Source of the DNA: Bacteriovoracia bacterium
GTDB taxonomy: Bacteria > Bdellovibrionota > Bacteriovoracia > Bacteriovoracales > Bacteriovoracaceae
Reading direction: 5' to 3'
Assembly: GCA_046570105.1 (NCBI GenBank)
Contig: JBKHVI010000028.1
Location: forward strand, 1-34,627
Length of the DNA stretch: 34,627 bases
The notes under the pieces are model-generated. The model did not search any database, had not been told where the DNA came from, and saw only the letters and a program-made list of their open reading frames with translations. How positions within the stretch are numbered: the stretch's first letter is position 1; every line of letters starts with the position of its first letter. Position numbers and translations under genes: made by a program. Shown here piece by piece: positions 27,708 through 34,627 of this stretch.

Positions 27708-29177
27708 ATGAATGAAACTTTGTGGCATGAACTTCTTAAGAAAGAATTAAAAGCTGACGATCTTGGACGGTTTCTCAAACGTCCAAGTCCAGAGGGTTTT
27801 GAGTTTGATTTACTGTCCACCCAAAGCATCACCTGGCGTGACAGCAATTTTCGTCGTGCAGCACTGTCAATTAGCCTCTGGGATGAATCACAGATCAATT
27901 GGAAAAAAGTTCCTGAGTTAGTGCAACAGGGGGTTTGGGATTTTATCCTTGATCCATTTATGTTGGGTTGGGACAAGGACCGTTTAGGTTTAGAAAAATC
28001 TGCGATGGAAGCGGCACTCAAGCAAAGTGCTGCCCGAGTTTGGATTGCTCATCCTTCGATCGATCTGCCTGAAGGCGCTTGTCGAATTTTGGATGCCCAA
28101 GATATTTATGCGCAAGGTGGCCATGCCGTTCACGAGCTGAGCTGTTTACTTTCGCGCGTGATTGATTGGGCAGAGTCTAAGCCTGATGAATCAATCGCTC
28201 TCGCCGTCTATATGGACCGTGAATTTTTTAAGTCTATCGCCAAGATGCGCGCTCTCAAGGCGATCACAGAAGCGGCTCTCACAGAGATGGGTCAGCGTGA
28301 GCTTTTAAGTCGTATCACTTGGATGGCGCGAGTCAGTTGGCGCGATTTTACCGCCTTTGATCAAGCGAGCAACATGTTGAGAAATGCCAATGCTGTCGCC
28401 GCCGGATATTTGGCAGGAGCTGCGGTGGTAGAGTCGCTGCCGGCCGATATGTTAGTTGTGAATGGTCTTAAGAATGAATCGGCACGTGTGGCGCTCACGA
28501 CCCAATTGATTTTGCAGAATGAATCGGAACTTGGCGAAGTGATGGATCCTGCTTCAGGTTGTTACTCTATTGAAAATCTCACCCAGGAACTGGCACAAAA
28601 AGCTTGGAGCGAGATGCAGCACTTACAAGGTCTCTCTCTCGAATCACGTCAGGCCTATTTAAGTGAAAGTGCGAAGCTACATTGGAGTGAGACGCAAGAT
28701 AAGTTTAAAAAACGCAAGATTGTTCAGGCCGGCGTGAATGACTTTGCTCAGGTCGATGAATGGGTCGAACTTAAACCTCGCTGGCAGAAAAAAGATCACG
28801 TTAGACTTGGTCGCGACTTTGAAGAATTACGTTTGCAAATGAAGAGTTCTCGCCCACAAGTCATGATTCGCGTGGTGGGAGACTATGCGGCCTTGCAAGC
28901 TCGGTTTAATTTCACCAAAAATTTCTTTGAACTTTTAGGTCTAGCACCTCAAGAAAAGCATTTTAGTGATCTCGCTAGCGCGACAATCTGGCAGGACAAA
29001 AGTGAAATCCAAGTCTGGGTCACCAGTGATGATCTGCATGGAGAATTGAAGCCCGTCGGTGAGCGTTGTTATCTGGCAGGTAAAACATCTGTCGCGGGCC
29101 ACGTGAACATCTATCATGGGCTCAATATCTGGCAGTCTCTCAAAGAGCTTCTCACTTGGTGGGAGACGCGTTCATGA
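27708..29177 (+). CDS. Methylmalonyl-CoA mutase small (non-catalytic) subunit, divergent
   Basis: [22 protein letters not shown]...[33 protein letters not shown]; no DxHxxG; ATGA-coupled to the large subunit. Confidence 0.82.
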   Translation: MNETLWHELLKKELKADDLGRFLKRPSPEGFEFDLLSTQSITWRDSNFRRAALSISLWDESQINWKKVPELVQQGVWDFILDPFMLGWDKDRLGLEKSAMEAALKQSAARVWIAHPSIDLPEGACRILDAQDIYAQGGHAVHELSCLLSRVIDWAESKPDESIALAVYMDREFFKSIAKMRALKAITEAALTEMGQRELLSRITWMARVSWRDFTAFDQASNMLRNANAVAAGYLAGAAVVESLPADMLVVNGLKNESARVALTTQLILQNESELGEVMDPASGCYSIENLTQELAQKAWSEMQHLQGLSLESRQAYLSESAKLHWSETQDKFKKRKIVQAGVNDFAQVDEWVELKPRWQKKDHVRLGRDFEELRLQMKSSRPQVMIRVVGDYAALQARFNFTKNFFELLGLAPQEKHFSDLASATIWQDKSEIQVWVTSDDLHGELKPVGERCYLAGKTSVAGHVNIYHGLNIWQSLKELLTWWETRS

Positions 29178-31306
29178 AAACGATTAACTGGTCTGAGAAA
29201 AAACTGATCTGGCCTCACTCTGTTGAAGAGCAACAAAACCCAGGTCGACTGACTCCCGAAGGGATCACTCTTAAAAACTTCTACGAGAAAACAAATATTG
29301 CCGATATCGGCTTGACTCAATCTTTGCCGGGAGTCGCTCCGTTTTTGCGCGGTCCCTACGCTTCAATGTACAGCAGTAAGCCTTGGACAATTCGCCAGTA
29401 TGCGGGCTTCTCAACCGCTGAAGAATCAAATCGCTTCTATCGCAACAACCTCGCCAAAGGTCAGATGGGACTTTCGATCGCATTCGATTTGGCGACTCAC
29501 CGAGGATACGACTCAGATCATCCTCGTGTCGCCGGTGATGTGGGTATGGCCGGAGTGGCGATTGACTCCATCCTTGATATGCAAGTGCTTTTCGATGGCA
29601 TTCCACTCGACAAGATGAGTGTGTCGATGACGATGAACGGAGCGGTGATTCCTATTCTCGCGCTATTTATTGTCGCCGCAGAAGAGCAGGGAGTGCCACA
29701 AAAAGTTTTAAGCGGAACAATTCAAAATGATATTTTGAAAGAGTTCATGGTGCGAAATACTTATATTTATCCGCCAGCACCATCGATGAGAATTATCGGA
29801 GATATTTTTTCTTATACCGCTCAACATATGCCGAAATTTAATTCCATATCAATTTCTGGTTATCATATGCAAGAGGCGGGTGCGACCGCTGATCTAGAGC
29901 TTGGTTACACACTGGCCGATGGAGTCGAGTACATTCGCCAAGGTATTAAGAGTGGTTTGACGGTGGATGCCTTTGCACCACGGCTCTCTTTCTTCTGGGC
30001 CATTGGTATGAACTACTTCATGGAGATCGCCAAAATGCGCGCGGCCCGCGTTTTGTGGTCACGCCTAGTGAATGAATTTAGTCCACAGAATCCTAAGTCA
30101 GGTGCACTTCGAACTCACTGCCAAACTTCGGGCTGGAGTTTAACGGCGCAAGATATTTGGAACAATGTCGTTCGCACGCAAATTGAGGCGATGGCCGCGG
30201 CCCATGGACATACTCAGTCCTTGCATACCAACTCACTGGATGAAGCCTTAGCACTTCCTACACCTGCCAGTGCACGTATCGCTCGCAACACACAGCTATT
30301 TTTGCAGCAAGAAACAGATACATGCTCCATGATCGATCCATGGGGTGGCTCACATTATGTTGAGGCCCTTACGCAAGAGTTGTTGGCCAAGGCCTGGGGA
30401 CATATTCAAGAAGTCGAAAAAATGGGTGGGATGGCGAAGGCGATTGAATCAGGTCTGCCTAAACGTCGTATTGAAGAAGCCGCTGCAAGGACGCAAGCAC
30501 GTATCGATGCGGGTCTTCAGACAGTCGTGGGAGTTAACACCTTTCGCTCGCATAGCAAGGAAGAGATTCCCGTATTAAAAGTCGATAACGATGCCGTTCG
30601 CCATTCACAAATTCAGCGTTTAAAGCAGTTACGTGCCAATCGCAATCAAAAAGAGTGTGATGCCGCTCTTCATGCTCTTACACTCGCCTGTGAAAAGGGT
30701 GAGGGGAACTTACTTGATCTCGCCGTTAAAGCGGCCCGCGCCCGCGCCAGTGTGGGTGAGATGAGTGATGCCATGGAAAAAGTTTTCGGCCGTCATCGCG
30801 CACAAGTGCAAACCATTCAAGGGGTGTACTTAAAAGAAATGCAAGCAGGGAGACAAGACGTGAGTGACATCAATAAAACGATGGAGAAGTTTGTTGCTTC
30901 AGAGGGACGCAGACCTCGTATCCTCGTCGCAAAAATGGGACAAGATGGCCATGATCGCGGGCAGAAAGTGATCGCCACGGCTTTTGCAGATCTAGGTTTT
31001 GATGTGGATGTTGGCCCTTTATTTCAAACTCCGGAAGAAGTGGCTGAACAAGCGGTGGAAAACGATGTTCATGTGGTGGGAGTAAGCTCCTTGGCGGCCG
31101 GACATCTCACGCTGGTGCCGGCATTGATGAAGGCCTTAAAGGCCCGCTCTCGCGAAGATATTTTAGTAGTAGTGGGAGGAGTTGTTCCTCCGCAAGATTA
31201 TCCGGCACTTGAAAAAATGGGAGTGGCAGGAATTTTTGGACCTGGCACTGTGATTGCCGATGCCGCCCGTGAATTGTTGAAAAAAATTCAAGGAAGTGTC
31301 GGTTGA
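29174..31306 (+). CDS. scpA: Methylmalonyl-CoA mutase large (catalytic, B12-binding) subunit
   Basis: [50 protein letters not shown] (DxHxxG), SSLAAGH. Confidence 0.97.
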   Translation: MKTINWSEKKLIWPHSVEEQQNPGRLTPEGITLKNFYEKTNIADIGLTQSLPGVAPFLRGPYASMYSSKPWTIRQYAGFSTAEESNRFYRNNLAKGQMGLSIAFDLATHRGYDSDHPRVAGDVGMAGVAIDSILDMQVLFDGIPLDKMSVSMTMNGAVIPILALFIVAAEEQGVPQKVLSGTIQNDILKEFMVRNTYIYPPAPSMRIIGDIFSYTAQHMPKFNSISISGYHMQEAGATADLELGYTLADGVEYIRQGIKSGLTVDAFAPRLSFFWAIGMNYFMEIAKMRAARVLWSRLVNEFSPQNPKSGALRTHCQTSGWSLTAQDIWNNVVRTQIEAMAAAHGHTQSLHTNSLDEALALPTPASARIARNTQLFLQQETDTCSMIDPWGGSHYVEALTQELLAKAWGHIQEVEKMGGMAKAIESGLPKRRIEEAAARTQARIDAGLQTVVGVNTFRSHSKEEIPVLKVDNDAVRHSQIQRLKQLRANRNQKECDAALHALTLACEKGEGNLLDLAVKAARARASVGEMSDAMEKVFGRHRAQVQTIQGVYLKEMQAGRQDVSDINKTMEKFVASEGRRPRILVAKMGQDGHDRGQKVIATAFADLGFDVDVGPLFQTPEEVAEQAVENDVHVVGVSSLAAGHLTLVPALMKALKARSREDILVVVGGVVPPQDYPALEKMGVAGIFGPGTVIADAARELLKKIQGSVG

Positions 31307-32262
31307 AAAACTGGAGTGTCACCGAACTAGTGAGTGGTTTTAAAGCGCAAGACAAAAATGCGCTCGCTCGCGCTATCACTTATGCGGAGTCACTAAAACC
31401 GGAACATCAAAAGCTCACGCAAGAACTTTTGGAAGCATTGCCGGTCACCATCAAAAGTAAAAGAATCGGAATCTCCGGAACACCAGGTGTTGGCAAATCT
31501 ACCTTTATCGAAAGTTTCGGACTTACTCTGACCTCTACGGGCCTACGTGTGGCGGTTCTCGCTGTCGATCCAACTTCACAAGTGTCTGGTGGCAGTATCT
31601 TAGGTGATAAAACGCGCATGGAGCTTTTGGCCCGTGAACCGAAGGCTTTTATTCGTCCAAGTCCTTCTGGTGGCAGTCTCGGTGGTGTTGCTCGCAGGAC
31701 TCGCGAAGCCATCCTGCTCTGTGAGGCGTTTGGTTTTGATATCGTGCTGGTGGAAACAGTGGGTGTAGGTCAGAGTGAAACGGCAGTCGCACGCATGGTG
31801 GATTGTTTTGTGATGCTCTTACAACCAGGGGCCGGTGATGATCTACAGGGAATAAAGCGTGGTATTTTAGAACTGGTTGATATGGTGGTGGTGACTAAAG
31901 CAGATGGCGCTAATAAAGAATTAGCTCAGGCCGCGCGCCATCATTACGAACAGGCCCTGCATATTCTAAGGCATGATACTTGGCAGCCGCCCGTCATTCC
32001 TTGTAGCGCTTTGGAAAAAACCGGCCTCACGGAAGTTTGGCAAACCATTGAGCGCTATTTTACTCAGCTTGCATCAGGCCTAGAGACAAAGCGAGCCGAA
32101 CAGCGTTTACATTGGCTAGATGAGTCGTTACGTGAATCATTAATGATGTGGTTTGAGGAAAAGTTAGATCAAAAAAACTGGCTCAAGATACGCCAAGCTG
32201 TTGAAAGTGGAAAGAAGCCTGTCCAAGAAGCCGTCAATGAACTCTTGAAGAAGCTCAAATAG
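31303..32262 (+). CDS. meaB: Methylmalonyl-CoA mutase-associated GTPase
   Basis: [54 protein letters not shown] overlap with the large subunit. Confidence 0.95.
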   Translation: MKNWSVTELVSGFKAQDKNALARAITYAESLKPEHQKLTQELLEALPVTIKSKRIGISGTPGVGKSTFIESFGLTLTSTGLRVAVLAVDPTSQVSGGSILGDKTRMELLAREPKAFIRPSPSGGSLGGVARRTREAILLCEAFGFDIVLVETVGVGQSETAVARMVDCFVMLLQPGAGDDLQGIKRGILELVDMVVVTKADGANKELAQAARHHYEQALHILRHDTWQPPVIPCSALEKTGLTEVWQTIERYFTQLASGLETKRAEQRLHWLDESLRESLMMWFEEKLDQKNWLKIRQAVESGKKPVQEAVNELLKKLK

Positions 32263-32280
32263 AAGAGCTAGGCTATCTTC

Positions 32281-32928
32281 ATGAAATATTTTTTCTTAAG
32301 TTTGTTTTTCTCGCTTAATGCTTGGGCGCTACCTCCAAAATGTGGTGAACATAAATTAGAGCTTGAGCATCCGGGACTCGTTTGGAAAAAATTTATTGAT
32401 ATCGGTGTGCGTTCGCGGTTTGCAGATGTCGATGCGATTATATGTGTGGGCTTCGTTTCAGGCTCTCCGGTCGCTGAAAGAGTTACCTATCGCGATGCTG
32501 GGGAGCAATCTCTGATCTCGCGCACGATTGAGGAGTTAGCTGAATTTCAAGTTCTTATTACCTCTCGGGATTTACCTGGCGGTATTTCGACAGTGGTAAG
32601 AAGTGGAGACCTCGTCGCCCTAAAAATCGATCCCGTTGTGCTTGATCCAGAAAATGGTATTTCAACTTATCCTGTGGCCGTTCGTTTTCATCGCGCATTG
32701 GCGCGAGGATCATCAAGTGACATCCGCGAAATTGAAGTCGAAGGTAAAATTGCTTTTGCCGAAGATCGAGTGTGGGCACAAAAAGATGAACACCACTTTA
32801 ATCAACTCCGAATTTATATCTCAACCCTTCCTCCGCGCATGGAGCAAATTATCTTGAAACAGGATGAAGTCACAAAACTCAGTTTCTTCACATCCCAGCT
32901 TCATCGTGCACGGGATCTTACGGAATAA
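32281..32928 (+). CDS. Hypothetical secreted protein
   Basis: Signal peptide MKYFFLSLFFSLNAWA; 215 aa; no recognised motif. Confidence 0.75.
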   Translation: MKYFFLSLFFSLNAWALPPKCGEHKLELEHPGLVWKKFIDIGVRSRFADVDAIICVGFVSGSPVAERVTYRDAGEQSLISRTIEELAEFQVLITSRDLPGGISTVVRSGDLVALKIDPVVLDPENGISTYPVAVRFHRALARGSSSDIREIEVEGKIAFAEDRVWAQKDEHHFNQLRIYISTLPPRMEQIILKQDEVTKLSFFTSQLHRARDLTE

Positions 32929-32931
32929 TTC

Positions 32932-33816
32932 ATGCAAAATTGGCTCAACTACCATCATCTGCTTTACTTTAAAGTGATAGCAGAAGAGGGCTCACTGGCA
33001 AAAGCTTCAGAGGTTCTGCGTGTCGGGCAAAGTGCGCTCTCCATGCAACTTAAACTTCTGGAAGACCGACTAGAGCGACCACTGTTTGAACGTAAACAGA
33101 AGAAACTTGTACTGACGGAAGCTGGTCAAGTGGCGCTGGAATATGCCCGCGAAATTTTCTCACTCGGCACTGAGATGCTTGATACTTTGTCAGATGCTAA
33201 GGATAGTGAACGAACAAGAATTCAAATCGGCATTGAAGAAGGCGTGCCACACTTTGCTGCGACTGAACTCTTAAAGCATGCATTGGATGAAGATGGAGCG
33301 ACGCCTTTTGTGAGTCATGGAGCGGCCGATCTTTTAACTGCCGATCTTTTAGAGCATCGTCAGGATCTGGTTTTGTTATTAGAACCGCCACACACCAAAG
33401 ACAAATCTATTTTGTTTCAACGTCGTGTTATGCATTTACCTTTGTTTGCTGTCGCCGCTCCTAAATACGCTCATCTCAAAAAAGACTTTCCTTCCTCGCT
33501 GGCATCGCAACCAGTCTTGTTGCCATCACCTTTGAGTCGACCGCGCCACGAGGTAGAGCGTTTTTTTCATGAGAACTCACTACCGATGAATCTCGTGCTC
33601 GAGACGGATGAAAATATTCTGTTAAAAAACTTGGCCATCTCTGGCCATGGAATTACTTTTTTAACCGAAGGCTCGGTGAGTACGTGGGTCAAATCAAAAG
33701 AACTTATTGTCTTGGGCCGCCTGCCCGTCTTTGCGGAGCTTTGGTTAGTGGGGCTTAAACGCAAAATGACTAATCCAGTGGCGACTAAGTTATTGAAAGA
33801 GTTTTCTCTTGAGTAA
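32932..33816 (+). CDS. LysR-family regulator, NhaR-like
   Basis: WLNYHHLLYF..IAEEGSLAKAS, QSALSMQLKLLE, LTEAG..ALEYAREIF. Confidence 0.9.
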   Translation: MQNWLNYHHLLYFKVIAEEGSLAKASEVLRVGQSALSMQLKLLEDRLERPLFERKQKKLVLTEAGQVALEYAREIFSLGTEMLDTLSDAKDSERTRIQIGIEEGVPHFAATELLKHALDEDGATPFVSHGAADLLTADLLEHRQDLVLLLEPPHTKDKSILFQRRVMHLPLFAVAAPKYAHLKKDFPSSLASQPVLLPSPLSRPRHEVERFFHENSLPMNLVLETDENILLKNLAISGHGITFLTEGSVSTWVKSKELIVLGRLPVFAELWLVGLKRKMTNPVATKLLKEFSLE

Positions 33817-33871
33817 ACAGCTCAGGTAGTCGGCTCCCTTGAAAAAATCCTCAGTATGACGAAAAGAGAGT

Positions 33872-34627
33872 GTGAAATATTTCATGCTCATTTTTCTATT
33901 CTCGGCCCCTTTTAACCTTACTGCTCAAACAGGATCGACTGACCACGTTGATATGACTGAGCAGATACGCCAACAAGAATCTCAAAAACAAGTGGATGCC
34001 TGCCAAGGAAAGATTAGCAACGCCGGTGAGGGTAATACCTTGGATGTTGTGAAAGGAGTACTGAGCTCTTGTCGCTTTCGTGCAGTTAATCCAGATTCTG
34101 TGCTGTGGAGTAAAGTATCTAGTGCAGGCCGTGCGCGAAGTTTTAATGCCTCAGTAGAAGCGCAAAGAAAAAAAATTCTAGAAGAGAGAGAGCGACAAAA
34201 TCGCGATGATGAAGCCTCAGTGGTCAAACATTTTTATCGCTTTGATCAAGTCGTTCCGACTCGAGTGACTTCGCCGGGTTCTGTCTTGGGCGAGCAAGGC
34301 GTCACTCTCTCGTCAAATATCACTGAGGTGATGCTCTTTCTTCAGCGCTCTGATGATCTCGCGGGTTTTGCTGGTAGAAATTATGATCCCAAAGGACCTG
34401 GTATACAAGAGCTTATGGAATTAGCGAATCTGGCAGAAATTGCCACCGATCCCAATCATAATTGTCGCGAAGTGATGGACTTTCGTCAGTTGAGTGAAGG
34501 TGATCCGGAAGCACGTGCCATTCTTTGGTCAATTAAAGGCAGAGATCCAACAGGTGAAAGTGTCACGCCGATGCAGGTGTTTTTTGGTTTTAAAAAAGAA
34601 GAAGATCTAAATAAGCTTGATGCCTTT
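33872..34627 (+). CDS. Hypothetical secreted protein, 3'-truncated by window edge (absent from the ORF track)
   Basis: Hand translation from GTG 33872 gives MKYFMLIFLFSAPFNLTAQTGSTDHV..., open to the end of the window, with a signal peptide. Confidence 0.75.
   Translation, partial: MKYFMLIFLFSAPFNLTAQTGSTDHVDMTEQIRQQESQKQVDACQGKISNAGEGNTLDVVKGVLSSCRFRAVNPDSVLWSKVSSAGRARSFNASVEAQRKKILEERERQNRDDEASVVKHFYRFDQVVPTRVTSPGSVLGEQGVTLSSNITEVMLFLQRSDDLAGFAGRNYDPKGPGIQELMELANLAEIATDPNHNCREVMDFRQLSEGDPEARAILWSIKGRDPTGESVTPMQVFFGFKKEEDLNKLDAF

Noticed and set aside
381..34227. Numerous 60-150 aa alternative-frame and antisense ORFs (e.g. 2877-3311, 11538-11969, 22649-23101, 24566-25012, 33982-34227)
   Set aside because: Shadows of well-supported genes, with no motifs or expression signals.
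1..34627. CRISPR array, tRNA/rRNA, IS, prophage or known anti-phage defence genes
   Set aside because: No regularly spaced direct repeats, cloverleafs, transposase or integrase motifs, or defence domains seen by eye.

Overview
Densely coding chromosomal window of about 33 genes, with no rRNA, tRNA, CRISPR array, transposase or integrase seen. Gene content (GSIII, repeat-type topA, pseudo-receiver/HD-GYP paralogs, many secreted orphans, sigma28-like promoters) suggests a predatory Bdellovibrionota such as Bacteriovoracaceae; this is inference. Recognisable genes: M61 peptidase, adenosine deaminase, YceI/DODA/LysR module, pcp, PPTase with a heterodimeric ABC exporter, GSIII, GH5, topA, L31 type B, MerC-like and HMA proteins, rimK, pyrD, prc, a SAM methyltransferase, a methylmalonyl-CoA mutase operon with meaB, and a NhaR-like LysR. 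Best leads: (1) a 150-nt fold-back element at 18931-19080 enclosing a 24-aa hydrophobic sORF with a sequestered SD, resembling type I toxin mRNAs, next to CsrB-like GGA hairpins; (2) a Fur-boxed MerC/MerP-like pair lacking merA/merR; (3) recurrent apparently leaderless sigma70 and sigma28 promoters; (4) a probable deletion scar at about 12650-12710; (5) a candidate sRNA upstream of topA.
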